Shown here in pieces: positions 55,097-64,000 of a stretch of 64,000 bases of DNA. The first letter of the stretch is position 1. Each line of letters starts with the position of its first letter. The position numbers and the translations under genes were made by a program. This DNA is from Longimicrobiales bacterium. Lineage in GTDB: Bacteria; Gemmatimonadota; Gemmatimonadetes; Longimicrobiales; Gaopeijiaceae. The stretch is from positions 29,284 through 93,283 of the forward strand of contig JAQWPM010000002.1 of the NCBI GenBank assembly GCA_029245345.1, read 5' to 3'. Below the pieces are notes generated by a model. It was not told where the DNA came from, did not search any database, and saw only the letters and a program-made list of their open reading frames with translations.

Positions 55097-56470
55097 ATGC
55101 CCCTCGCTGAACACATTTTTCGTGAGTACGACATCCGTGGAATCGTCGGAGAAGATCTCGACGCAGATGTAGCGGAGGGCGTAGGAAGGGCCTTCGGGTC
55201 TCACGTTCGTGCGGAGACGGGCCTCAGTTCGCCCCGGGTTGCCGTCGGGCACGACAACAGACTTACATCTCCCGATCTAGCGAACGGCCTGATGGCTGGC
55301 GTCCGCGCCGCCGGGGTCGACGTCCTCGACGTCGGCACAGTGCCTTCCCCCACGCTCTATTGGTCGGAACACACGTTTGAGACCGATGCAGCGGTTCAGA
55401 TCACCGGCTCGCACAATCCGCCGGAGTGGAATGGCATCAAGATGACGCTCGGGAAGGGTTCTCTGTATGGTGGAACGATCCAAGAGTTGAAGCGCCGCAT
55501 TATCGAATCGGATTTCGAATCCGGTGCGGGGGGCATGGAGCGGGTCGAAGTGCTCGATCGGTACATCGCGGACGTGGCACGCCGCTTCGAGTTGGCGAGA
55601 CCAATGAAGGTCGCGGTCGATAGCGGGAATGGGACCGGCTCCCTAGTGGCCGAGAAGCTGCTCACTGCGATTGGAGCTGACGTTACGCCTCTCTTCTGTG
55701 ACTCGGATCCGACGTTTCCGAATCATCATCCTGATCCGACTGTAGATAAGAACCTCGAAGACCTCATTGAGGCCGTGCGAGACACGCCACATGACCTCGG
55801 CGTGGCCTTTGACGGGGACGCGGACCGGATTGGGGCCGTGGACGAAAACGGTGCCATCATACGCGGAGATATTCTCCTGCTCCTGTATGGTCTCGACATC
55901 CTTAAGCGGCGTGGCCCCGGACAGAAGCTCGTATTCGACGTGAAGTGCAGTCAGGCACTATCCGAGGTCTTCGCAGCAGCCGGCGGTGAGCCGATCATGT
56001 GGCAGACAGGCCACTCACTGATCAAGAAGAAGATGAAGGAATCTGGAGCTCTCATCGCGGGTGAGTTGTCCGGTCACATCATGATTGCCGACGACTACAT
56101 GGGCTTTGATGATGCCCCGTATAACGCATGCCGCCTGCTCGAATTGGTGAGTCGCTCCGAGCGTCCACTGTCAGAGATGGTCGCGGACTTCCCGGTGTAT
56201 GTATCGACCGCTGAGATCCGTATCAATGTCACGGAGGAACAGAAGTGGGCCGTGGTGGCAGATGCCGTGGCGCATTTCAAGTCCAAATACGACGCGATCG
56301 ATGTTGATGGCGTGCGGGTCCTCTTCGGTGATGGCTGGGCGCTCTTGCGTGCATCCAACACCCAGCCCGTGATCGTCGCGCGTTTTGAGGCGCGCACCCA
56401 AGAACGACTCGCCGAAATCCGTGGCGAGGTCGCCGAGTGGCTCACCGCCGCTGGCGTACCCTTCCAATAG
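55097..56470 (+). CDS. Phosphomannomutase/phosphoglucomutase (alpha-D-phosphohexomutase family)
   Basis: Phosphoserine loop ITGSHNPPEWNGIKM, Mg site FDGDADRIG, the sugar loop GELSGH and RASNTQP. Confidence 0.88.
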   Translation: MPLAEHIFREYDIRGIVGEDLDADVAEGVGRAFGSHVRAETGLSSPRVAVGHDNRLTSPDLANGLMAGVRAAGVDVLDVGTVPSPTLYWSEHTFETDAAVQITGSHNPPEWNGIKMTLGKGSLYGGTIQELKRRIIESDFESGAGGMERVEVLDRYIADVARRFELARPMKVAVDSGNGTGSLVAEKLLTAIGADVTPLFCDSDPTFPNHHPDPTVDKNLEDLIEAVRDTPHDLGVAFDGDADRIGAVDENGAIIRGDILLLLYGLDILKRRGPGQKLVFDVKCSQALSEVFAAAGGEPIMWQTGHSLIKKKMKESGALIAGELSGHIMIADDYMGFDDAPYNACRLLELVSRSERPLSEMVADFPVYVSTAEIRINVTEEQKWAVVADAVAHFKSKYDAIDVDGVRVLFGDGWALLRASNTQPVIVARFEARTQERLAEIRGEVAEWLTAAGVPFQ

Positions 56471-56471
56471 G

Positions 56472-59261
56472 ATGGACATGAAGCCCGATCCCACGAACGT
56501 GCTAGGGGCCCTGCGCGGCGGCCGACTTTTCATCATGATCGCCCTGGGGATCGCACTCTTGATCTCTATGGGGCGCATGGCGTCTGAGGCGTATGTAGAG
56601 ATCCTCTGGCACGCACAGTCTGGGTACTCCGAAGTCTTTTGGCGTCGAATAATTTGGGAGTGGGGCACGCGCATCGTCGCAGGCGTCGCAGTGGGGATCG
56701 TGATCTTCCTGAATCTGCGTATCGCGTCGACAACGCTCGGAGGGGTCCAAATCAAGCGTCGTGTCGGGAATCTGGAGATCTCGGAACAGCTCCCGAAGAG
56801 TTACGTGTTTTGGGGCATGTTGGGAGTTTCCTCGTTGCTCGCGCTTTGGTTTGGCGCCGCGGTCCCGGCCAACCTCGGGCTTCAGATTCTGATGCTGAAG
56901 AATGCGGTTGTTTGGGGCGTGACGGATCCGGTGCTCGGTCATGACGCTGGCTTCTACGTCTTCTGGGTGCCTGTCTTAGCCAGTCTGATCACGTTCGCGC
57001 TCATCGGCGCGTTCCTGGTCTTCACCCTTGCTACGGCAGGATATGCCGCGACGGGAGCGCTGCGATGGGGTAAGGGGCGAATCGACGCTCAGGACGTTAC
57101 GAGAGTGCACCTCGGCGGTCTGCTCGCGCTCTTCTTCTTCATGTTGGGTGCGCGCCTCTGGTTGAGTCGGTATCTGCTCTTGCTGGATGGGACCTCTGCG
57201 GTAAGCGGAATCTTCGGCTTTACGGACGCAGAGGCGCGGCTACCCGCTCTTCAGACCCTGGCGATCATCTGCGTCATGGGTGGGGTTGGTGTGTTTTGGG
57301 GCGCCTGGAAGAACCGAGTCACACCAATCGTGACCTCTTCGATTGCTGTTGTTCTCTCGATGATCGTCATCGGGCAATTCTATCCTGCGATGATCCAGTC
57401 ATTCCGTGTGGAGCCGAACGAGTTGGATCGTGAGGAGCCCTTCATCGAGTACAACATCGATTACACACGGCTTGGTTTTGGTCTCGAAGAGATGCAGCGC
57501 CGACCGTTCAGTTTCGAGGCCGGACAGGTCATAGATTGGCCTGAAGTCGGGCGTCAGTTTGCGGGACTTCCGGTTTGGACCAGCGGGGCATTGCTCGCCA
57601 CATATCGGGAACTGGAAGCGAGATTCCCCTACTACGACTTCCAGGACGTTGCTATCGATCGGTATCCGGGACCCAACGGACCCGTACCGGTAGCTGTCTC
57701 GGTCCGCGAAGTGTCTCCCGGCGGCATCCAGGACCCCAACTGGCAGAATCTCCATCTCAGAGAGCGCTACGTAGAAGGGATGGGTGCAGTGGCCAGTCTG
57801 GCCGCGGAGCGCACCCCCGAAGGGCGCCCACCGATGCTGGTCTCTGGCATTCCCCCAGAGGCGTCACCGCTCGCTCAGTCTGTACCCGGATTGACGTTGG
57901 ACCGATCTGAAATCTTCTTCGGCCGAGGTCCTCAGCCCTACGCAGTGATCAATGCTGGACCGGACGAGTTCCAGGCGCCTGACGGTGCGCTGGGCGTGGC
58001 CGGTGTGGATTTTCCTGGAGGGATCAAGCTGGCGGGTGCGATTCGCACTGCGCTGTTGGCGTGGCGTTTTCAGGATTCGAATCTGTTGTTCGCGTCCGAC
58101 CTGACGGATGACAGTCGACTCATCTACCGGCGCCGTGCTCAGGATCGGGTCCGAGCGATCGCACCGTTCATAAGGCTCCCAGAGGCCGCGTACCCCGTCA
58201 TTGCAGATGGGCGTATCGTTTGGGTCCTGGAAGGCTTCACGGGGACGCGTGCGTTCCCGCTTTCAACGGTCTACGAACTCGGCACCTTCAGATCGCAGGT
58301 CACATACGCGCGCAATTCGGTGAAAATCGTCGTCGACGCCGTGACTGGAGATGTGGACTTCTACCGAGTCCCCATCGCCGACCCGTTACTGGACGTATAC
58401 GAAAGAGCCTTTCCGACCCTGTTCAAGCCCATGTCGGAGATGCCTGAGGCCATTCGGTCACACGTCCGGTATTCGACCGCGCTTTTGGATCTTCAGGGCA
58501 GGGTATTGCTCCAATACCACCAAGAAACCGCGCCGGTGTTCCATGGCCAGCAGGACGTATGGGCCTCTCCCCAAGAGCTCGCTCAGGGCACAAACCCCAT
58601 CGCCTATCGACCGGAGTACGGGATCTACGCCTTGCCGGGCGAAGAGGATGCCCGATTCCACCTCACGACTGTGTTCGTGCCTGCGGGTCGGCAGAACCTC
58701 ACGGGGATCCTCGCGGCACGGACTGACCCGTTCGGTGCCCCGGAGTTGATCCTGTACGACGTTCCCGTGACGGACCAAGTGCCCGGGCCACGACAGATCG
58801 AAGCACTGGTGGAACAGGACCCGGACATCTCACAGCAGTTCTCTCTCTGGCGCACAGGGGGAAGCGAAGTTTGGACCGGGCACCTGCATCTTGTTCCGGC
58901 AGGAGACCGGATCCTCTACATGGAGCCGGTTTTCCTCGCGGCGGAGGCCGATGCGATTCCAGAACTGCGACGTTTTGTAGTCAGTGATGGCGTTCGTGTG
59001 GCGATGACGGAGGACCTCTCGGGTGCGATCACCCAGTTGGCTGGCCTAGAGGTCATGACCCTCGGGACGGTACCGCTGGGAGCCCCGCCTCTGCCCGCCG
59101 AGGACGAGACGCTGCTGACTTCTACTGCTTGGGCTGCGAGCGCGTTGGACTTGTTGGAGACGGCCGAAACGCGAGCTCGAGAAGGAGATTGGCAGGGCTT
59201 CGGAGACGCTCTTGAGGAACTCCGCGTGCTGCTTCAGAGACTGGAGCGTGGGGGCGCCTGA
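56472..59261 (+). CDS. Large polytopic membrane protein, probable UPF0182 family, function unknown
   Basis: About 929 aa from ATG 56472. There are ~7 N-terminal hydrophobic segments and then a ~600-aa soluble region. The size and the YVEILWH..GY start region are reminiscent of UPF0182. This family call is from memory, not from a search. Confidence 0.7.
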   Translation: MDMKPDPTNVLGALRGGRLFIMIALGIALLISMGRMASEAYVEILWHAQSGYSEVFWRRIIWEWGTRIVAGVAVGIVIFLNLRIASTTLGGVQIKRRVGNLEISEQLPKSYVFWGMLGVSSLLALWFGAAVPANLGLQILMLKNAVVWGVTDPVLGHDAGFYVFWVPVLASLITFALIGAFLVFTLATAGYAATGALRWGKGRIDAQDVTRVHLGGLLALFFFMLGARLWLSRYLLLLDGTSAVSGIFGFTDAEARLPALQTLAIICVMGGVGVFWGAWKNRVTPIVTSSIAVVLSMIVIGQFYPAMIQSFRVEPNELDREEPFIEYNIDYTRLGFGLEEMQRRPFSFEAGQVIDWPEVGRQFAGLPVWTSGALLATYRELEARFPYYDFQDVAIDRYPGPNGPVPVAVSVREVSPGGIQDPNWQNLHLRERYVEGMGAVASLAAERTPEGRPPMLVSGIPPEASPLAQSVPGLTLDRSEIFFGRGPQPYAVINAGPDEFQAPDGALGVAGVDFPGGIKLAGAIRTALLAWRFQDSNLLFASDLTDDSRLIYRRRAQDRVRAIAPFIRLPEAAYPVIADGRIVWVLEGFTGTRAFPLSTVYELGTFRSQVTYARNSVKIVVDAVTGDVDFYRVPIADPLLDVYERAFPTLFKPMSEMPEAIRSHVRYSTALLDLQGRVLLQYHQETAPVFHGQQDVWASPQELAQGTNPIAYRPEYGIYALPGEEDARFHLTTVFVPAGRQNLTGILAARTDPFGAPELILYDVPVTDQVPGPRQIEALVEQDPDISQQFSLWRTGGSEVWTGHLHLVPAGDRILYMEPVFLAAEADAIPELRRFVVSDGVRVAMTEDLSGAITQLAGLEVMTLGTVPLGAPPLPAEDETLLTSTAWAASALDLLETAETRAREGDWQGFGDALEELRVLLQRLERGGA

Positions 59262-59328
59262 CAGCCAGGGAAACCGTCAGATCCACCTCTTCTTCAGCCG
59301 TTGATCGGCCCTCTGGCCTCTGGTAGTT

Positions 59329-59382
59329 TGAAGGGCTTTACACGCCCAGGCGGCCGCTTGTTGCGCCCTGCCTGAAGGGCTT
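59329..59382 (+). repeat. Exact 10-nt direct repeat TGAAGGGCTT x2 upstream of sucC
   Basis: Copies at 59329-59338 and 59373-59382, 44 nt apart start to start; the second ends 18 nt before the sucC ATG. Confidence 0.9.
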
Positions 59383-59400
59383 CTCCCCAATTGAGACCCC

Positions 59401-60537
59401 ATGGATATCCACGAATATCAGGCCAAAGAACGCTTTCGGGCGGCCGGCATTCCAGTACCTCCCGGAGAGATCGCAACGACTCCTGAACAAGCGGAGTCGA
59501 TCGCTGCTCAATACGGCGGGATGGTTGTCGTCAAAGCCCAGGTCCACTCCGGTGGGCGTGGTAAGGCCGGTGGCGTGAAGCTGGCCAAGGACGCTTCCGA
59601 AGCCAAAGAGCACGCTACCGCGATCTTGGGTATGGATATCAAAGGTCTAACTGTAGAGAAAGTGCTCGTGACGCCGGCCGAGGACATCGACACCGAAGCC
59701 TATGTCGGGGTTCTCGTAGATCGGAAGAAGCAGGCCGCGACGTTCATGGTCTCCGCTGAAGGGGGCGTGGACATCGAGGCGGTCGCGACCGAAACTCCGG
59801 AGCTCATTCGTAAATTGACGGTGGATCCACGGTACGGGATTCTCCCTCACCAGGCGTTTTGGCTGGCCAACTTCCTGTACGAAGATCCTGCGTTGATCAA
59901 ACAAGCGTCCAAGATCATCGCGCAGTTGTACACGTCATTTATTGAGTCTGGGTCGTCCATGGCGGAGATCAACCCTCTGATCACGACTCCGGCCGGTGAA
60001 GTGAAGGCGATCGATGCGAAGATGAGCATCGACGAATCGGAGTTGTTCCGTCGCCCCGAAGTCGCAGCGATGAGAGACACGTCGTCGGAGCCGCCTTCGG
60101 AAACAAAGGCTCGCGAGGCGGGACTGTCCTATGTGAAGCTCGACGGTGACGTGGGGTGCTGCGTGAACGGCGCAGGACTCGCGATGGCCACAATGGATCT
60201 GGTGAAGTACTACGGCGGTGAACCGGCCAACTTCCTGGACATCGGTGGTTCTTCCAATCCGGACAAAGTCGTTGCTGCGCTCGAGATTATTACTTCGGAT
60301 CCGAACGTGAAGTCCATTCTCTTCAACATCTTCGGGGGCATCACGCGTTGTGACGACGTCGCGAACGGCATCGTCGAGGCGACCCGTCGCATTGACATTA
60401 CGCCACCGATCGTGATTCGTCTCACCGGTACCAACGAAGAAAAGGCACTCGAAATCCTTCACGAAGCTGGTTTCTCTGCCTACACGTCCATGGACGAGGT
60501 CGTAGAGAAGGCTGTTCAGCTCGCGAAAGGGAACTAG
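59401..60537 (+). CDS. sucC: Succinyl-CoA synthetase beta subunit
   Basis: MDIHEYQAKERF N-terminus, VVKAQVHSGGRGKAGGVK, NGAGLAMATMD and GGITRCD. Confidence 0.93.
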   Translation: MDIHEYQAKERFRAAGIPVPPGEIATTPEQAESIAAQYGGMVVVKAQVHSGGRGKAGGVKLAKDASEAKEHATAILGMDIKGLTVEKVLVTPAEDIDTEAYVGVLVDRKKQAATFMVSAEGGVDIEAVATETPELIRKLTVDPRYGILPHQAFWLANFLYEDPALIKQASKIIAQLYTSFIESGSSMAEINPLITTPAGEVKAIDAKMSIDESELFRRPEVAAMRDTSSEPPSETKAREAGLSYVKLDGDVGCCVNGAGLAMATMDLVKYYGGEPANFLDIGGSSNPDKVVAALEIITSDPNVKSILFNIFGGITRCDDVANGIVEATRRIDITPPIVIRLTGTNEEKALEILHEAGFSAYTSMDEVVEKAVQLAKGN

Positions 60538-60540
60538 ATC

Positions 60541-61425
60541 ATGGCAATCTTCATCGACAACGACACCAAACTCGTCGTTCAGGGCATCACCGGTCGGGAC
60601 GGTTCGTTCCACACGTGTGAGATGATGGCATACGGCACGAACGTGGTTGCGGGTGTCACCCCGGGTAAGGGTGGACAGACGTTCGAAGGACCGAACGGAA
60701 AGACCGTCCCGATCTTCAACGCAATGGACGAGGCGGTTGCCGCGACGGGTGCCAACGCTTCGGTGATCTACGTGCCGCCTGCGTTCGCAGCAGGTGCGAT
60801 CCTGGAGGCGGCGGATTCTGGTGTTTCGTTCATCGTTGCGATCACTGAGGGTGTGCCCGTGCTCGATATGGCTCGGGCCCATGCTTTCGCCAAGGACAAG
60901 GGCGTAAGGGTGCTGGGGCCCAACTGCCCGGGGTTGATCTCACCCGGAAAGTCCAAGGTCGGTATCCTACCAGGGAAGATCGTGACCGAAGGCCCGATCG
61001 GCCTCGTGTCTCGTTCCGGCACGCTGACCTATGAAGCCGTCTTCCAGCTCACGGGTGCTGGATTGGGTCAAACAACGTGTGTCGGTATCGGCGGAGACCC
61101 GCTCATCGGCACGAATTTCATCGATTGCCTGGCTGCCTTTGAAGCCGATCCGGACACCACGGGTGTTGTGATGATCGGTGAAATTGGTGGTACGGACGAG
61201 CAGGAGGCGGCCGAATACGTCAGTGCCCACATGACGAAGCCGGTTGTCGGCTTCATCGCGGGGCGGACGGCGCCTCCAGGCCGGCAGATGGGCCATGCAG
61301 GTGCGATCATCAGCGGTGCATCGGGCACAGCAGAAGACAAAATGAAGGCGTTCGAGGAGAACGGAATCTCCGTGGCGCAGCGACCGGTGGATCTCGTTGG
61401 CTTGATGCAGGACGCGCTCGCCTAG
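60541..61425 (+). CDS. sucD: Succinyl-CoA synthetase alpha subunit
   Basis: [22 protein letters not shown] and the phosphohistidine loop GHAGAIISG. Confidence 0.93.
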   Translation: MAIFIDNDTKLVVQGITGRDGSFHTCEMMAYGTNVVAGVTPGKGGQTFEGPNGKTVPIFNAMDEAVAATGANASVIYVPPAFAAGAILEAADSGVSFIVAITEGVPVLDMARAHAFAKDKGVRVLGPNCPGLISPGKSKVGILPGKIVTEGPIGLVSRSGTLTYEAVFQLTGAGLGQTTCVGIGGDPLIGTNFIDCLAAFEADPDTTGVVMIGEIGGTDEQEAAEYVSAHMTKPVVGFIAGRTAPPGRQMGHAGAIISGASGTAEDKMKAFEENGISVAQRPVDLVGLMQDALA

Positions 61426-61442
61426 CGGCGTCGCACAAATTC

Positions 61443-61895
61443 ATGGAAGAGAAGGTGCTTTTGGTCGATACTGCTCTGGAGCCGGTCAAGTACCGCGTAT
61501 ACCCGGACACACCGCTGTCTGAGGTGATCGACCTCATTGTGCGGCGAGGCGTCAGGGCGGTACCGGTGGTCGGTGAACAGTACGAAGTACTCGGAATTAT
61601 CACGTCCGGCGACGCACTAGGGCGGATCGTGCGAGGCGCTCCGGCGGAGCAGCCGGCGAAGGCGGGCGAGGGTCCCGAAGTGTTGGCCCGTGACGTCATG
61701 ACTCGAGCTGTACTTTGTGTTTCGGAAGACCAGCCGCTCAACGAAGCGGCGCACATGATGGTCAACCGAGACGTTGAACAACTTCCAGTAGTGCGTGATG
61801 GCGAGCTGATTGGCTTCGTCACTCGCGGTTCGATTCTGCGGTCCCTACATGAGGGTGCCGCTACCCCCGAAACAAACAACGAAGACGATTCATGA
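61443..61895 (+). CDS. CBS domain pair protein
   Basis: Two CBS-like repeats (..[21 protein letters not shown].. and ..[20 protein letters not shown]..); 150 aa. Confidence 0.8.
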   Translation: MEEKVLLVDTALEPVKYRVYPDTPLSEVIDLIVRRGVRAVPVVGEQYEVLGIITSGDALGRIVRGAPAEQPAKAGEGPEVLARDVMTRAVLCVSEDQPLNEAAHMMVNRDVEQLPVVRDGELIGFVTRGSILRSLHEGAATPETNNEDDS

Positions 61896-62290
61896 GTCAG
61901 ACGCTCGCGATCATAAAGCCAGATGCCGTTTCCGCCGGAAATGCCGGAAATATACTCGCCCTCTTAGAAGCCTCTGGGTTCACCGTGAAGGCCCTCCGAA
62001 TGACTTCGCTTGATGCGGAGCAGGCCGGCGCGTTTTATGCGGTTCACGAGGGGCGGCCGTTTTACGATGAATTAGTCGAATTCATGATGTCTGGACCCGT
62101 CATGCCCATGGTGTTGGAGGCCGAAAATGCGGTCCCGAAACTCCGTGAGGTCATTGGCGCGACGGACCCGGCAGAGGCCGCAGACGGCACTGTGCGTAAG
62201 CTTTACGCCGAATCTAAGGGCCGAAACGCCATTCATGCGTCTGATTCGGACGAGAATGCAGCCATCGAGATCGGCTTCTTCTTTTCCTAG
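61892..62290 (+). CDS. ndk: Nucleoside diphosphate kinase
   Basis: [19 protein letters not shown] and the catalytic-His block NAIHASDS. Confidence 0.92.
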   Translation: MSQTLAIIKPDAVSAGNAGNILALLEASGFTVKALRMTSLDAEQAGAFYAVHEGRPFYDELVEFMMSGPVMPMVLEAENAVPKLREVIGATDPAEAADGTVRKLYAESKGRNAIHASDSDENAAIEIGFFFS

Positions 62291-62382
62291 CACACTCAGC
62301 TTGGAATCGGCTGATCCGGAGTGTCAGAATTCGGTGGCCGATCCACTAGACAATTTCGGCGCCGGAGCTAGTTTTCACGACT

Positions 62383-62892
62383 ATGCTAAGACTTGATCTT
62401 AATCGTCTTGCACGAGAGGGGTCGGTCACTGTCGAGGCTAAGCTCCCGGCGGATGCACCGTTGTGGGATGAGAGCGGTGTTTCGTGGGTTGGGCCAGTCG
62501 ATGTGAGCCTCATGGCTACGCATGCTGGAACAGGGGAGATCGTGGTCCGGGGCAGTGTGAAGGGAGGGTTGGCACGAGAGTGTCGCCGATGCCTCAAGCC
62601 GGTCCGAAGAAGTTTCGAACACGACCTAACGGTCGTGTTCGTTGCGTCAGACTCAGCCGACGTTGAAGACGACGACGGTGTGCATGTGTACGACGCGAGT
62701 GATGAGCTCGATTTGAGTAACACGGTCCGTGAGGAAGTGATCTTCACGGCCGATCCATACGTGGTTTGCGAACCTGGATGCCAAGGGCTTTGTCCGCGGT
62801 GTGGTGTGAATCGAAATACCGATTCATGCGACTGCACTTCGGATGAGCCCGATCCCCGGTGGGAGGCTCTCAGGGCGCTCAAGGAAAAGTGA
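62383..62892 (+). CDS. yceD: YceD/DUF177 family protein (large-subunit rRNA accumulation protein)
   Basis: Immediately upstream of rpmF, as is canonical. It has CRRCLKP ... CEPGCQGLCPRCG Cys motifs and an acidic C-terminus with DPRWEALRALK. Confidence 0.8.
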   Translation: MLRLDLNRLAREGSVTVEAKLPADAPLWDESGVSWVGPVDVSLMATHAGTGEIVVRGSVKGGLARECRRCLKPVRRSFEHDLTVVFVASDSADVEDDDGVHVYDASDELDLSNTVREEVIFTADPYVVCEPGCQGLCPRCGVNRNTDSCDCTSDEPDPRWEALRALKEK

Positions 62893-62899
62893 ATAGGTA

Positions 62900-63082
62900 A
62901 TGGCTGTCCCAAAGAAGCGGATTTCAAAGCAGCGTAAGCGGAAGCGTCGGACTCATTACAAGGCCGAGGGCGTGACCGTCAACGCGTGCCAGAATTGTGG
63001 TGACCCCAAGATTCCGCATCGGGTTTGCCCGAATTGTGGACACTATCGTGGCGAGCCAGTCCTCGAAGTCAGTATCGACTAG
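62900..63082 (+). CDS. rpmF: 50S ribosomal protein L32 (zinc-ribbon C+ form)
   Basis: MAVPKKRISKQRKRKRRTH N-terminus and CQNCG...CPNCG; 60 aa. Confidence 0.92.
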   Translation: MAVPKKRISKQRKRKRRTHYKAEGVTVNACQNCGDPKIPHRVCPNCGHYRGEPVLEVSID

Positions 63083-63131
63083 GTCGGGCTTTGCCCGAGC
63101 TATGTCCTCTCGCCTCTACTGAGGTCCGCTA

Positions 63132-64000
63132 GTGCGCATCGTTCTTGACGCGATGGGTACGGATCATGCGCCCCGCACGGAAGTGGCGGGGGCGATCGAG
63201 GCGCTGAGCGAACTCGAGTCTGATGTAGAGATCGTTCTTGTGGGTGACCGAGACTCGATCGAAGCGGAGCTTTCCGCGTATGCCGAGATCCCTCCTGGGC
63301 TGACGATTCTTCACGCACCGGACCGCGTGACGGCTGCCGACCCGCCAGCATCAGTGATCCGGCGAAAGCCTGATTCCTCGATCGTCGTCGGCTTGCGGTT
63401 GCATAAGGCCGGTGACGCCGACGCCTTCGTCAGCGGTGGCTCTACCGGAGCTGTGATGGCGACGTCGCTGTTTACACTCCGGCCGTTGCCAGGGGTCGAT
63501 CGGCCGGCCATCGGGACCGTGCTGCCCACTTCAGCCGAACCGTGCCTCCTTCTGGACGCTGGCGCCAACGTCGACAGCAAGCCTCACCACCTCGTTCAGT
63601 TCGCCCATCTTGGGAACATCTTCGCTCAGGACATGATGGGGCGCGAGACTCCCCGAATCGGGTTGCTGAACATCGGTGAAGAGCCAGGAAAGGGGAACGA
63701 ACTGTCTGTCGAAACGCATCGTCTGCTGGCAGCCGAATCCGGACTGAATTTCGTTGGTAACGTGGAGGGCCGTGACATCATCAGAGCGTCGTGTGATGTG
63801 GTGGTATGCGACGGCTTCGTCGGGAACGCACTGTTGAAGTTCTATGAGTCGGTGGCCGCCTTCATCATCCAGATGTTGAAGAAAGGACTGGATGTCGCGG
63901 ACACCGACGTCGATCTCGAAGACGTCTTCCGAGTCCTAGACTATTCTGAGACCGGTGGCGCCCCTCTGTTGGGTGTCGATGGGGTTTCGATTATTTGCCA
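63132..64000 (+). CDS. plsX: Phosphate acyltransferase PlsX (3' end cut by window edge; absent from the ORF track)
   Basis: Own translation from GTG 63132: VRIVLDAMGTDHAP.., VSGGSTGA, LLDAGANV, GLLNIGEE, GNVEGRD, VVVCDGFVGN and GGAPLLGVDG. The frame is open to base 64000. Confidence 0.88.
   Translation, partial: MRIVLDAMGTDHAPRTEVAGAIEALSELESDVEIVLVGDRDSIEAELSAYAEIPPGLTILHAPDRVTAADPPASVIRRKPDSSIVVGLRLHKAGDADAFVSGGSTGAVMATSLFTLRPLPGVDRPAIGTVLPTSAEPCLLLDAGANVDSKPHHLVQFAHLGNIFAQDMMGRETPRIGLLNIGEEPGKGNELSVETHRLLAAESGLNFVGNVEGRDIIRASCDVVVCDGFVGNALLKFYESVAAFIIQMLKKGLDVADTDVDLEDVFRVLDYSETGGAPLLGVDGVSIIC

Noticed and set aside
59935-60882. 315-aa minus-strand ORF across sucC/sucD
   Set aside because: It is antisense to strongly supported sucCD and has a low-complexity Arg-rich translation, so it is a shadow ORF.

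Overview
High-GC (~62%) bacterial chromosomal segment, densely packed with core housekeeping genes. About 62 of 64 genes are on the + strand and many are linked by 1-8 nt stop/start overlaps. No taxon can be assigned from sequence alone. In order: M14 carboxypeptidase (5' partial), ABC-F ATPase, monomeric isocitrate dehydrogenase, a decayed GCS2/YbdK ligase pseudogene, pepA, and a TonB-plug outer-membrane protein. Then a chain yicC-gmk-rpoZ-coaBC-udg-dnaB-ispD-tsaC-PTP-aroE-comF, followed by gap-(ECF sigma-like ORF)-pgk-tpiA-secG. Next are a 2-oxoacid dehydrogenase E1a/E1b/E2 cluster with lipB, rnhA (-), carA, an HU/IHF protein, an ECF sigma/anti-sigma/LTXXQ module, moaDEA, mdh and tRNA-Asn. 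After an ~750-bp gene-free tract come an S9 peptidase, two FKBP lipoproteins, dcd (-), a complete nuoA-N operon, PMM/PGM, a UPF0182 membrane protein, sucCD, a CBS protein, ndk and yceD-rpmF-plsX. plsX runs off the 3' end and is missing from the ORF track. I found no CRISPR array, intact mobile element or recognisable defence system, so this is an ordinary core region. The most unusual items are: (1) an Asn-codon mini-ORF on a hexamer repeat plus a strong terminator immediately upstream of tRNA-Asn; (2) a lower-GC, palindrome-rich tract downstream of that tRNA; (3) carA apparently starting at CTG; (4) a 48-codon ORF exactly bridging nuoL and nuoM; (5) a probably frameshifted ECF sigma gene between gap and pgk. 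All functional calls come from reading motifs by eye; no database search was run.
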